From contig OZ024742.1 of the NCBI GenBank assembly GCA_964016885.1, forward strand, positions 252,650,001-252,714,000: DNA of 64,000 nucleotides. The letters run 5' to 3'. Under the pieces are notes generated by a model. The model was given only the letters and a program-made list of their open reading frames with translations. It was not told the DNA's origin and did not search any database. Of this stretch, positions 41,735-54,795 are shown one piece after another. Positions within the stretch are counted from its first letter, which is position 1; each line of letters begins with the position of its first letter. The position numbers were made by a program, and so were the translations under genes. Source of the DNA: Eledone cirrhosa (taxonomy: Eukaryota).

Positions 41735-41735
<1 letters not shown>

Positions 41736-42792
41736 GGCGGCTGCCAACTCGTTTTCGAGTACGGCCACTACTTTATATCCATGTAGGAAAACCCCTACCG
41801 ATGCGCTAAACAAGTGTGACTTTTAGTCCAGCCAGCGACTTGAAAACTCTGGTACAAACACTACACCTGTGACAATTATTGACACATAATGCTGGGCCCA
41901 TGGAACCATGTGACGACAAGTGCAGAGAGATCTCCAGATATAAAGCAATGCCTGTGCCGTGAAGCTTTTATAGTGAGCAAAGGCACTGCACAAAGCCAGT
42001 CCCACTCTCTTAACCAAGATGATATTTACCAAAAAGAAGAACAAGTCAACATCATTGGATACCATCAGGGTTGCAGGTGTTATATCAGAGTTTTCCTTCT
42101 CCTAGAATTCTGCTTTGACAAAGGCTAAGGGCTCATCTCTCCCGGATATATATATATACATACATACACATATATATATATACATGATGGCTGCCAACTC
42201 GTTTTCGAGTACGGCCACTACTTTATATCCATGTAGGAGAACCCCTACCGATGCGCTGAATGAGTGTGACTTTTTAGTCCAGCCAGCGACTCGAAAACTC
42301 TGGTACAGACACTACACCTGTGACAATTATTGACACATAGTGCTGGGCCCATGGTACCATGTAACGACAAGTGCAGAGAGATCTCTAGATATAAAGCAAT
42401 GCCTGTGCCTTGAAGCATTTATAGTGAGTAAAGGAACTGCACAAAGCCAGTCCCACTCTCTTAACCAAGATGATATTTACCAAAAAGAATAACAAGTCAA
42501 CATCATTGGATACCATCAGGGTTGCAGGTGTTATATCAGAGTTTTCCTTCTCCTAGAATTCTGCCTAGACAAAGGCTAAGGGATCATCTCTCCCGGTGAT
42601 TTTGGATGGCCATTGACTCTTAAGAGCTCCTTTGCCCTTTGACAGGTTTTGTTTTTAGTCCTGCAGGATGTCCAAAGTCACCCTCCTCACCAAGAAACCT
42701 TGGTGGGGTTGCCAGTTTAGTCGCCAACGACCCGACCATGAGACAGGTTGTACTGGGATACATGTTACCAGTAGCACCAACTGGTGACCTGA
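41735..42792 (-). mobile_element. Two tandem copies of a non-autonomous RTE-derived retroposon
   Basis: 41735-42146 duplicates 42187-42596. The 3' part encodes HRCSVCTRVFKSLAGLKSH (RTE-type C-terminal zinc-finger remnant) and ends in a (TA)n tail. The 5' part recurs at 37925-38120. Confidence 0.7.
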
Positions 42793-42821
42793 CATATATA
42801 TATATAAATACATACATACAT

Positions 42822-42853
<32 letters not shown>

Positions 42854-42874
42854 GCATACATATATAATATTAAT

Positions 42875-43105
42875 AATTGTTTCTACTTTTGGCACAAGGC
42901 CAGCAATTAACCAGTGTATTACTGGTACTTTATTTTAATACTAATAATGATAACAATTGTTTCTACTTTTGGCACAAGATCAGCAATTTGAAAGGAAGAG
43001 GAAAGTCAATTAAATTGACTTCCCTGCATTACAAGTACCTTATGTCATCAACCCCATAAAGATGAAAGGTAAAACTAACCTCGCTGGGATTTGAACTCAG
43101 AATGT
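42875..43105 (-). mobile_element. Two partial tRNA-derived SINE copies
   Basis: Repeated ttgtttctacttttggcacaag 3' ends; reverse-complement B-box at about 43087-43100. Confidence 0.7.
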
Positions 43106-43489
43106 AAATGAGATAAAAATGTATTTTTGAATTTGAGTAGACTGCATAGATTTAGTGGGGCAAAAGGGCTAAAGGGCTAAATTATTCATTATCCAGAGCA
43201 GCATGATTCCCAATGTGCCATCTGTATATTTTAGTTGCAGTCACAAGTGCACACCAATGATTATGTAAGCAATCTCGGACTGGTACATCATCTTTAGTTG
43301 GGATTTCTCCAATAATCTCAGGTCGACCTTGCCACCTAGAATACCACTCTCTCACTGTAGTAGTTGTTCTGTGTATGTGTATCATTGCATAACCTTAAGG
43401 AGGCGGTTGTTGTAGCATCATTGATGTGAAAATGCTAGGTGCTAATAAATAAATGAATAAATAAAATATTTATTCCAACCATTGAAGCT

Positions 43490-45627
43490 TTCTAATATTT
43501 CCTTCCATATACTGTACCGATTACATTGTTATTTCTGTTTACATTTTACAGACATATATATATATATATATATCAATGCTTACATGGACCTCTTAAATTT
43601 GTTGGATTTTCAAATTGAATTTTCATTCTGAAACTGGATCTAGACCTGGAGTTTACCTGAACTTCCACCAGGAAATCTTTTCATATCACTGATATTTTCT
43701 TTGCGACATGCATTATCTAAATATACCAAGGGCGGTGGATTGGCAGTATCGGTAGAGAGTCGGACGCCATGCTTTCCAGCATAGTTACGTCCCTTTACGG
43801 ACTGAGTTCAAATCCCACCGAGGTTAACTTTGCCTTTCATCCTTTCGGGGTCGATAAAATAAAGTACCAGTAATGTACTGGGTAATTGCTGACCTTGTGC
43901 CAAAAGTAGAAACAATTATCTAAATATACCACAACTCCCAATCACTTTTCCTCCACTATACTCTTCTTACTTCCACCTACTTCATCTAACTCATCTATTT
44001 CTGTCTCACCCCAGTACCTTCATCATGCCCAATCTCAAATCTTTTCTTCGCCAGCTCCATTCCACTCTCAAACGCTTCCTCCAACCTCTCCCCCCCTATT
44101 TGCATTCGATCCTCTGAGCATCTCTCCAGCTTCATCTTCACCAAAACTAGATATAACAATCACATTACATTTTTAAGTCGCTGACTCTACCACCACCTCA
44201 TTTCCCGAGGTTGCTGCCTCAAGTTTCACCCCACCACTCCCACCACTGAGCCCATCCTCATCCACTCCTCTTGCCAGCTCATGTGGGTGACTATCCGATC
44301 TACTCTCGCCCAAATCCGTTCTCTCAACCAAGATCTCTTCAACGCTTGCCTCCATCTCTTCTCCACTTGCCACCCCTCCTTGCCCAATCCCTCATCCAAT
44401 TCATCCTTCACTTCAATTGCCTCCTCTTGAATTTCCTCACTTCCATCAAAAACCACAAACTTCACTCACTCCGCTTCCGCCTGCCGTCATCACCGATACT
44501 CATTTCACCTCCTGCCCTAACTCTACTATTTCGTCACCTACCACCCCTTTCCTCTTCCAACCACTGAATTTGCACACGCTTTACATAATCACCTTAATCT
44601 CTCTGCCTCCGCCACTTTCACACCCTCACGCCTCTACATTGTTGTCACCATACCCCAGGACCTACCACTCTCCGATGCTGAGTGCTCCCTCCTCACCCGA
44701 GGTTTGCGTTTTATACTAACATCATCGGCACAGATGGATGACTTTACTTGTCTCAGTTGCTGGCAATCACACTGGAAGCCAAGCTCTGGCTAGTTCAGCA
44801 CCCTCAACTCTTTTGTGGACAATTTCCAATGTACTGTGAATAGGTTCCGTTTCCACCAGCATTCTTGTCGCTCTAACCTTACCTGAGTCGAGCTCTCCAC
44901 TCTTCGCAACTCCATCATAGGCCTCACGCACCAGGACTGAACAGAGTCTGATTTTCTGCCTTGGGTCCTCTTTCTCCCATGGACTCAACTCCCCTCCTCA
45001 AAATTTCTTTAATATTACACATATACGTTCGTGCTTCCTTCTCTACCCTTTGCACCTGTCATCTTTAATATACACATATACGTTCGTGCTTACTTCTCTA
45101 CCCTTTACCCTGTCACGTTTACCCAGTTCGTTAGCACACACGTGCTTGTACATTCACCCCTAGATTCCTATGGCTCTCTTATGATCAGAAACATATACTC
45201 ATACAGCTGATACAGACCAACAAAATACACACGCACACCTCTACTTTTCCCTTCACAGCTCTGTACACACACACACACACACACGTGCGCACACATTCAC
45301 GTGCACACGTATAGCTCTATTTACAAAACGTTTTTTTTCCATTTCAGGTAGATGCGCTCCATCATCCACTTTTCTAAATAAATATATCATACACAAAACA
45401 CCAGGAGCAACAGTTTTCCAAGAGATGGCAACATGTTAATTTTCTCTAAAAACATTTTTTTCGTTTCCACCTTGCAAGTCCCTTCAATCTTTCTAATTTC
45501 TCATTCTTTCTTCTATTGAATGACTAGCGTCCGAAACATTAAGACCCTCTTCCAGCTATTTCAAGCGTTAAACTAATATATTCCTTCCATATACTGTGCC
45601 GATTGTATTTCTGTTTACATTTTACAC
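43490..45627 (+). mobile_element. Highly degenerate, internally deleted PLE with short direct terminal repeats
   Basis: ctaatat..ttccttccatatactgt..ctgtttacattttaca at 43492-43550 and 45573-45627. Remnants LSDAECSLLTRGLRFI and RTRTEQSLIFCLG...GLN; decayed HHR at 45509-45544. Confidence 0.65.
43729..43914 (+). mobile_element. Full-length tRNA-derived SINE with 17-bp TSD
   Basis: A-box TGGCAGTATCGG, B-box GAGTTCAAATCC; TSD attatctaaatatacca at 43712-43728 and 43915-43931. Confidence 0.92.
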
Positions 45628-45704
45628 ACACACACATATATAAATATAGAATAGAATTATAGTAGGAGAATAAACAAGCTAAATTCTTGTAAAAATATTT
45701 ATTT

Positions 45705-45828
45705 GTTTACAATTGTTTCAGAGGACAAAATCACAATTCGATCCATAAGATTGAGACCTATCAACATATGAATCAATAGGCCCAGGTGATATTAAAATCG
45801 AACTATGGTCTGACCTCATATTCAGAAC
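45705..45828 (-). ncRNA. Hammerhead-like motif with a 99-nt stem II (core G8U)
   Basis: Minus strand: GTT-CTGAATA-t-GAGG..CATAGTTCGATT..GGGCCTATTGA-loop-TTGATAGGTCT..GATCGAATTGTG..CCTC-t-GAAA-CAATTG-TA-AAC. Confidence 0.7.
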
Positions 45829-45891
45829 GTAAAATCAATTTTCAAAAATACATGTCACTTATGGAGGAAACTAGAAAAAACATGAAACATG

Positions 45892-45923
<32 letters not shown>

Positions 45924-48900
45924 GTGTCCTGGGTATGACATTAAACTACATCCAGTGGCAAGGCTCCAGTTCGGGAGTTCAGGAGCTGTGGGAAATGTGG
46001 AGTTACCCCTTAGTTGTCAAAACTCCCAGGTCTGCTCTGGCCCGAAGTAGTAGTACCTGCTAAAGCCCCATTTATGGGTTAAATAACTACCTTATTCAAA
46101 TGGTGTTGGTAAGGTATTGTCATCCATTGAAAAGAAATATGGAGAGTCTATCTAACAGCACTAGGGTTAGAGCCCCTAATTACACTGTCAAAGAGCAGTC
46201 TGGTCGTTATGACTCTGCTGGCTTAGAGCCACAGGGAGGGCCAGTCGATGATGGATCAGCTGTCTCTGAGACAAATATAAAGAATGCAGTTTTGTCCTGC
46301 AGAAGAGCCATCAAAATGGACACTTTGAATGTGAGGACTATTCGGACGCTGGAGAAGAGAGAGGAGTTGGGACATCTGTTCGAGGAGATTGGTATACAGA
46401 TACTTGCGATCCAAGAACACAGGATCCTACACGATGAGCCCATGAGGAGTGTGATGATTGGGAAGATGAGCCAGCTCATTACCACATAGGCAGTGAAGAA
46501 CACAACAAATGCTGCAGTAGGAGGAGTGGGTTTTGTGTTCAGTGCAAAAACCAGTCTATTGGTGAGGGATTATAATACCTGTCTCCTCGTGAGTGTTGAG
46601 GAGGCCCTTCAATGGAAACCCAAGACTGACAGCCATCTCAGCCTATAGTCCAACCAAGGGAGACAGTGATGTGAGTGCAGAAGAGTTCCATGAGGAGGTG
46701 TGTAGAGCTGTCAACACCACACAAGCACACAACATCCTGCTTGTTTTGGGGGACTTCATTGCACATCTGAGTAAGGAGATCAGTGAAGATCCTTGCTGGT
46801 ACTTCCATAACAACACCAACCGAAATGGAAGACTACTGAGAGACACTCTGCTGAAGGTGAACTTGATAGCGGCCAACCTAAGGTTTAGGAAGAATCCGGG
46901 GAAGATGTGGACCTACATCTCAGATATGCACCTGTCCAAGTCCCAGATTGACTTCATTCTGGTGAGGAAACAGTGGCAGAATAGTGTTCTGAACACAGAA
47001 CCATACAACTATTTCAGTACACTGGGTAGTGACCACCGGCTTGTTATGAGTGAGGTCCAGGTGAGCTTAAAAAAGAGCAAGGCTCAGCCCCAGAGAGCAA
47101 TCTATGACTGAGGAGCTTTCAAGGAAGATGATAAGCTACAGGAGAGGTTCACAGTGGAAGTGAGGAACAAGTTCAGTGCTCTGTGTGGAGAGACAGAGGA
47201 GAGAGAGATTAGATGGACTGAGGAGAGTGTGACGAGGAGGTACGGCACTTCACCAATGCAGTGGCGGAAGCAAGTGAGATCCTGGTGCTGAGGAGAAAGA
47301 ACAAAAGGAAGCATGTCAGCTCTGCAGACCCAAATGTGTGTGCAGCCAGAGAACACCTGAAAGCTGCCAAGGTTCAATTCTATGCTGATCCTATGGAGGA
47401 GAGGATGGAGACTGTGGAGGTGATGAGGGAAGAACTCTTACACTGAGGCCAGAGAGGAGGCACTGATAGAGAAGATCAGAAGTGTGGAGAGAGCGGTTGA
47501 TAGGTCTGGATGTAAGGAGAGCTGGATGATCATCAACGAGATTACAGGGAGGAAGAGAAGGTGTTTGAGTCAGATCCAGAGAACAGGGACCGAGGATAGG
47601 AAGAAGAAATGGCTAGACCATTTTAGGACCCTACTAGGAGAGCCGCCCCCCACAGCCCAGAGCACTGGGGAGATAAGGCGGTTGTTTGAAGAACTGGATA
47701 TTGAGACAGAGCCCTTCACCAGAGAGGAGCTTCAGAGAGCCAAGAAGAAGACCAAGGAGGGCAAGGCCCATGGAGAAGATGGAGTGGCATCAGAGGTGAT
47801 GAAGAGGTGTGATTTTGATGATATCGTCCTGGGGTTCTGTAACCAGGCACTGGAGAAAGGAGTTTCCCCAAATCAGTGGAGGATCAGTAACATCGTCCTA
47901 GTGCCAAAGAAGGGATCTAACACCAACAACTACAGGGGGATCTCACTGACGTCACTTGTGGCAAAGACCCTCAACAGGAGGATTCTTAACAGGATCCAGC
48001 CTGAGATGGAGAAGAAGCTCAGGGACAACTAGAACGGCTTCAGAGAGGGAAGATCAACCACCAGTCACATCCTGATGCTGAGGAGGATATTAGAGGGAGC
48101 TAGAGCAAAGTGCCTTCCTGCGGTCATGGTTTTCATTGACTTTAGGAAGGCCTTTGATTCTGTGGACTGTCATTGCCTGATGAAGATCTTACAGGCTTAT
48201 GGAATCCCCAAGAAGATAGTGGACCTGATATCACTGCTCTACACCAACACCAAAGCCCAAGTCATTACACCTGATGGGATGACAGAGTTCTGGCTTTACT
48301 GTAGCACCGACCCAGAGCAGGAGAGTTAAGGCAAAAAAGATATTGGATGCTGAATTTGACGACGACATAGCTTTGGTGACAAATACAATGAAGGAGGCAG
48401 AGGATTTGATGCAGGAGGTTGAGACTGTGTCAATGAGTGTGGGGCTGAGAATGAATGAGACTAAAACAAAATATCTGGTAGAGAATGTTGAGAAGCCAGA
48501 GGGGATCACTAATGTAGGCGGGAAGCCACTAGAATTGGTTGAGGACTTCCTGTATTTGGGAGCAAAGATTGGGAATATGGAAGATGATGTGGTTGAGAGG
48601 AAGAGCAAAGCCTGGGCGGCATGCCACAGCTTGAGATGGTGTAAAAGTCAGACCTTCGTAAAGGCCTGAAAATCTGCCTCTTCATTGCTGTAGTGGAGTC
48701 TATGCTGCTGGACGGGTCTGAGACTTGGACACTGACCAAGAAACTGACTCAGATGGTGGATGGGTGCTACATGAGAATGCTGAGGATGGCTCTGAACATT
48801 AATCAGTATACCCTGAGGATGAAAAACTCAGAGCTGTATGGGAGCCTCCCAAAAGTCAGCTCAAAAGTGACACAGAGGAGACTGAGGTTAGCTGGACATG

Positions 48901-49112
48901 CTCACCGACATCCAGAGTTGACATTGCACTCAGTGCTCCTGTGGGAGCCCCTACATGGACACACTGGAAGAGGAAGACCAAGGTTAACGTATGTTGATGC
49001 CCTAAGGGCAGACACTGGTCTGTTGGAGACGCAGGACATGGCAACGATAATGAGGGACAGAGACCGCTGGAGAGAACTCGTCCATGGATCTCGGGAATTT
49101 TACCCGCCCTAG
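45924..49112 (+). mobile_element. Near full-length, disrupted RTE-like LINE
   Basis: Endonuclease (TLNVRT, LAIQEHR, AYSPT, LGDF, SQIDFIL, GSDHRL) and RT (NYRGISL, FIDFRKAFDSV, AEFDDDIAL, FLYLG, GSETW, LLWEP..GRP); stops and an internal RT deletion near 48290. Confidence 0.9.
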
Positions 49113-49250
49113 AAATATATACACACCTTTTAAAACAAGATTATCTTACACAAAACGCTAGCATCAACTGTTTTCCTAGAGGTGGTGATGTGGATAGACC
49201 TGTTTATTATCTACAAAATTCTTTTCATTTTTTCTTTAACTTCTTATTCT

Positions 49251-49288
49251 ATTTTCTGACGAAGGACTAACGTCCGAAACGTTAAGAT
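49251..49288 (+). ncRNA. Minimal hammerhead motif
   Basis: ATTTT-CTGACGA-a-GGAC-taac-GTCC-GAAA-CG-TT-AAGAT; palindromic ACGT stem III, GUU triplet. Confidence 0.78.
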
Positions 49289-49600
49289 TCTTTTTGTAAT
49301 ATATCAAGTGTAAAACTATTAATATATTTCTTCATTTTACTGTGTCGTTTGTTTTGTTATTTCTGTATGCCTTTTTTCAATAATATCACTTTGACGAATC
49401 AAAGAAAGGAAAAAAAAAAAAAGAAAAACAAACCCTAAAATATATTTTCCGTGCTATTTCCAACTTCACCTTTTCTCTCTCTCTATGTATATATATATAT
49501 ATATATCTATATATCTATATATATGTATGTATGTATATATCTCTATATGTATCTAAATATATATACACATATGTATGTATATATATATATATATATACAC

Positions 49601-49670
<70 letters not shown>

Positions 49671-50799
49671 GATAACAAGTTATCGTTTTAGGTAATCCAG
49701 TTAGACTCACCTGATCAATGAAACAATTGTTAATACTGTAAATAAAACCCTTTTTGTACAGCCGACCATGTTATTCTTCACTCTTTCACTATATATATAT
49801 AGGTGGATTCCTGATGTATATCAGGAGGAGACCACAGTTAAAAAAAGTAATCAATACGTTAGTAGAGTATACGCATATTTATTTTATAGATATGACTTCT
49901 ACAGGACTGGAACTGTTTCATTTGTAAGAAATCCTCAGGATGAAACAGTTCTAGTCATGCAGAAGTCATTTTTATAATAAATAAAATAAATAAATCCTCG
50001 TCATCATCATCATTGTTTAATATCCACTTTTCAAGCTATCATAGGTTAGACGGGTTGTATTATTTCAGGCAAGTTGGGGGGTCTGGTGACCATATCCTGC
50101 TCATACAGAACTGTTTTTGGCTAGATTTCTACAGCTGGATGCCTTTCCTAATGCCAACCACATTTATAGTGTGTGCTGGGTGCTATTTTGCCATGACATC
50201 TACACAAACCCTTTACAGTGTGTGCTGGGCGCTGTTTTGCCGTGACATCTACATGACCACTTTACAGTGTGGACTGGGTGCTTTTTGTCATGATATCTAC
50301 ACAACAATATATATATACATATATATAGACACACACACACACATATATATAAGCTGGTACATGAAGTAGAAGTATATAAAAGGCAAAGGACATTAAAAAA
50401 AAAAAATGAAGTAATGTTTTCTTTACCTATATATTTCAACATAATGTCTCAGCGTTAATACCCTCTTTTCCACTGCAAAACAAAATCAATCTACATGTTC
50501 TTCCTTACCTGGTCCAAGTATTATAGAAGTCACTCTGATCCATATAATTCTGATCTATTGTTTATTTGTGGCTGATTAAAGCATCTTTCATTCTTACATT
50601 CCCCACATTCCTTTCCTGTAAAACAGATCAACTTATAATGTTTCCCTCTTGCGTGGGAAAAAGAACCCTGAAAATACGAATTGCTGGCATCCCACCAGAA
50701 TTAAACATCTGGTGGATCCTACCATGGGAAGCGAAACACTCCTGAAAGAGAAAACAGAGGGAGAACTGATCTTTATGACTGCTGAAATTATTTTTTTAT

Positions 50800-51125
50800 G
50801 ATAATGGTGATAACAACAATGATGATAGTAGAGATTGTGGTGGTGATGGTTGTAGTAGTGGTTGTGCTGGTGTTGATGGTGGTTGTGGTAGTTGTGGTCG
50901 TGGTGGTGTTGGTGATTGTGGTTGTCTTAGTGGTGGTGTTTGTGGTAGTGGTGATGGCGTTTGTGGTGGTGGTGGTGGTGGTGATTGTAGTGGTGGTAGT
51001 GGTTGTTGCGGTGTTAGTAATTATGGTGGTGGTGGTAGAGATGGTGACCATGGTGGTTGTTGTGGTGTTTGTGGTAGTGGTGATGGTAGTGGTGATGGTG
51101 GTGGTAGTGGTGGTGGGCGGTTTCC
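50800..51125. repeat. Degenerate (GGT/TGT)n trinucleotide tract
   Basis: Seen directly; produces spurious poly-Val and poly-Thr ORFs. Confidence 0.9.
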
Positions 51126-53116
51126 TTGTGGTAATCGTGTTGAAGGCAACGTTACACTGGTTACTTTACAAATTCTAGAGTAAATGAAAATGTGGACTTT
51201 CATGATGATGATAATTATAATGATGGTGATGATGATAATTCTATTATCACTTTGTGGTTTTTATTATTATTATTATTTGTGTTGTATTTGTTACCTTTAT
51301 TCAGTTGCTGTTGTCATTGTCATTATCAGTGCAGAGTTTATTACAGACAGAGAGCTTGCTGTGTTGCTTTTTTTTTCTTTTTTTTTGTGGTTCCACTGAT
51401 AATGACATGCTTCATTATATCAGCACAAACCTGGAAACTACTGCCATCTTACTCTTAACATTACCATCTTTATAACACCAAAAATAACATCATCTTCAAC
51501 AACAACAACAGTGACAGCAGCATACTAATACACACCAACCTGAATATAATAGCGTCTTGATATCCTCAGAAAAGAATGACACTTTTATTGAAATGATGAA
51601 ATACAAACAAATTGAAAACCAAATAAGGAAGAGCTAGATTCTAATATTATATTGATAGAAATGTCTTCATTTATTGTTTAGTTCAGTCATTTTTTTTCCT
51701 TTTGTTTAATTTTCGTTACTATCTTTGGTTCCCTTTTGCTTGTTGCTGTTGCTGTTGTTGGCATATATGACATTGTTGTTGTTGTTGTTGTTATATATGA
51801 CATTGCTGTTGTTGTTGGTGGTGGTGATGATGGTGGTGTTAGCTATGATATTGTTGTTACTGTTTTTAATGTCCTTATTGTGTTGTTATTGTTATTGTTG
51901 CTTTCATTATTTTGCAGTGATGAAAAGTGAAATTCTTCTTAATCAAACATCTATTGTCTTCCTATTTGAATTTCAAACTGGCTTTCATTTCACTCCAAGA
52001 CATTAAATATTATCTTAGTTTAGAAATATTTGCCAAGACAATTGCAGCACCACAGTTTTTCTGCATACCTCAGGATATACAATTTTGCTCATGTAGCGTG
52101 ATTCTGGCAATTGAACAGTTGTCAATGAATAAATTTACAATATAAAAGAATGTTCTCCTCCTTTTCTCTTCATAATTGTTTGTTACTTCAGATTCAGTTT
52201 TATATTTATTGCATTCTTTGGAGGCAGAAAACAGATTTTTGATGTCTACATTTGTTCATATTTTGTATCTATTTGTATTAATTGTTTTCATTATTCTTTC
52301 ATAGATATTTTTGTAGTCCTACAGTGGATATTTTTATAATAGTTTTTTAGTTATATATACGATCCCCATGTCTCTGTATTCTGGATAAATATAATACTTA
52401 TGTCAGGTGATTTGGGAAATGTATTCTAAATGCATTCATTATTTTCTTGCTTTTCAACCCAGTCGTGTTGTCAGTTGAGAATATTAAACTTACTACTGGG
52501 ACAGATCTATCGATGCTTATAACTTTATTTTATTCATTTTGTCCTGTTTTAAGTATTAATCTTGTAATTTGTCTATAATATTCCTTCCTGACACTTTTCC
52601 TTTCATTTGTCTGTATTTTATTCTGTCTGGTTCATGAATTCCTTAGTATTTTCAAGTCTCAGTTCCTTTAATTAGTATAACGTCAGTAACATAATTAAAA
52701 TAGAAAAGGAAGGAAAAAATAAGTGGGAAAAAATTAGAGAGGACATATACACCCTTAAATATACAGCATTTCCCAGCAAAGTCTTGCTGTATCATTGCCC
52801 AGGAGAACAACCAACTGTATCCTCTACATCAGCCATTCCATTTCACAGAACTTCTTCCTCAAGCATGATGCCATTCTTTTAAATAGACAGAGGAAAATGG
52901 CAGTCTGGGGACTAAGAGTACAGGAGGTCTCAATGGTGAGCAGAACAAAAAGGAATCAGCCAGTGAATACATAAGTATTCTTAGTTTTCCTCCATTCAAG
53001 GTTCCGCCTGTACAATTTTCTAATCTTGAACCTTATATAGATCCCTCTAGTTAAATGTGTGTGTTATTTCAACAGTGTTTCTAGTAGTTGACTTCATATC
53101 ATTTATATACAAAAGA

Positions 53117-53330
53117 AGGGCGGTGGATTGGCAGTATCAGTAGAGAGTCAGACACCATGCTTTGCAGCATAGAGTTACGGTCTTTTACGGTCTGAGTTCA
53201 AATCCCACTGAGGTTAACTTGGCCTTTCATCCTTACGGGGTTGATCAAATAAAGCACCAGTAACGTACTGGGGTCGATTTAATCGACTTTTCCCTCCTCC
53301 CAAATTACTGACCTTGTGCTTATACTAGAA
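53117..53330 (+). mobile_element. Full-length tRNA-derived SINE with 19-bp TSD
   Basis: TSD atcatttatatacaaaaga at 53098-53116 and 53331-53349; A/B boxes. Confidence 0.92.
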
Positions 53331-54029
53331 ATCATTTATATACAAAAGATACTTGATTTGTCTACCCATCATGATTGTATCTGAGTCATGTCTTGTTTAA
53401 CAAATTAGTTAAATGAGTTAGAGTTAGGCAGAAAATGAGTGTCAAAAACAAATGAGAGGATAACCTTGTTCCTTAAATACTATAATGTAATTCCTTAGCT
53501 TGCCAGATAGCTCGCTTATGCACAATTATCTATTCATGTATCTACACACAGAGAGTGTATCAGCTTTATTTTAACACCTGAAAGAGTTACATCAAGCTGT
53601 TATACATCTCAGACAGATATAAAACAGGTTCAGCTCATTAGAATTCCACTATCCTTTAATTTTTCAGGTGCATGGATATGTGACTGAGTGGGAGGAGAAG
53701 TAATAGAATTGGTAGATTGTAGCAGTGGGTGTCTTGTGTATGTCTTGCTTTGAATGTATTACATGTGAGTACTATTTAGGTCTCTTCTCTCACATTTGCA
53801 GATGCTACTGTTGCTCTGCACACAAGCGTATCAATGTGAAACATAAGCTATCAAGTAGATAGGCTGTGACATTGTTAAAATTACAGTCTGGTGATTAGTT
53901 TGACTGTTTCTTTCTTTTATGACATTCCTTCTGGTGTAATATTTTGGATATGCTGTTTTCCAAGCAATCAGTGTTTTTCTTAATGATAGGCTAATTGATG
54001 ATAAATATGTTGTGAACAATAATAATAAT

Positions 54030-54231
54030 AATTGTTTATTATTTAGGCACAAGACCAACAATTTTGAGGCTGTGGAAGTCAATTAAATCAACCCCAGTGT
54101 ATTACTGGTACTTTATTTTATCGACTCCATAAGGATAAAAGACAAAACTAACCTCGACAGGATTTGAACTCAGAACATAAAGGGCTGTAACTATATGCTA
54201 CACGGCATGTTGTCCAACGCTTTACAGATAC

Positions 54232-54236
<5 letters not shown>
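54030..54236 (-). mobile_element. tRNA-derived SINE (older copy)
   Basis: Reverse complement of the same family. Confidence 0.8.
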
Positions 54237-54286
<50 letters not shown>

Positions 54287-54471
54287 GATAAATCTACCAA
54301 GAGTTTACGGTAGTGTCCAATCCGTATGAAGAACTCAATGTATTCCGGATATCATGGAAAGAAGAGATGTAATGAAAATCCACTTTCGGTGAAAGATAAA
54401 CGGTATACAGAGTCAAGATAAAATATTAAATAAATAATGAACAAACAATTCCTTATATTAAACAAAAAAAG

Positions 54472-54623
54472 TTCACTATTTAACGATCGTTTCTAGGGTA
54501 TATATGTGTTATAATTGGTATGCATATTCAACAGATCTATGTACAAAATTATACAAAATTATACAAATTATCAAGATTAAATATACATACCTAACACATA
54601 TATACGCCGTCTTCAGAAATAAT
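54472..54623 (-). ncRNA. Long-stem-II hammerhead, inverted copy (7-bp stem I retained)
   Basis: Reverse complement of 56721-56872. Confidence 0.75.
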
Positions 54624-54795
54624 TGTTTCTACTTTAGGCACAAGGCCAGCAATTACCCAGTGCATTACTGGTACTTTATTTTATCGACCCCGTAAGGATG
54701 AAAGGCAAAGTCAACCTCGGCGGGATTTGAACTCAGATCGTAAAGGGGCGTAACTATGCTGGAAAGCATGGCGTCCGACCCTCTACTGATACTGC
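54624..54795 (-). mobile_element. SINE inserted into the inverted PLE arm, 10-bp TSD
   Basis: TSD cagaaataat at 54614-54623 and 54796-54805; absent from the two direct copies. Confidence 0.92.

Noticed and set aside
43729-43830. tRNA gene
   Set aside because: The A/B boxes belong to a multi-copy SINE head with TSDs; no full cloverleaf.
49880-49980. Hairpin with a minus-strand CTGAGGA...GAAAC
   Set aside because: Stem II is weak and stem I is absent; probably a fold-back remnant and not supportable as a ribozyme.
50788-51178. Mucin-like poly-Thr or poly-Val protein
   Set aside because: Trinucleotide low-complexity tract with no supporting splice or domain context.
52887-52935. 49-nt plus-strand exon candidate (AG...GTGAGC)
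   Set aside because: Splice-like signals only; the peptide is not recognisable and no partner exons were found.
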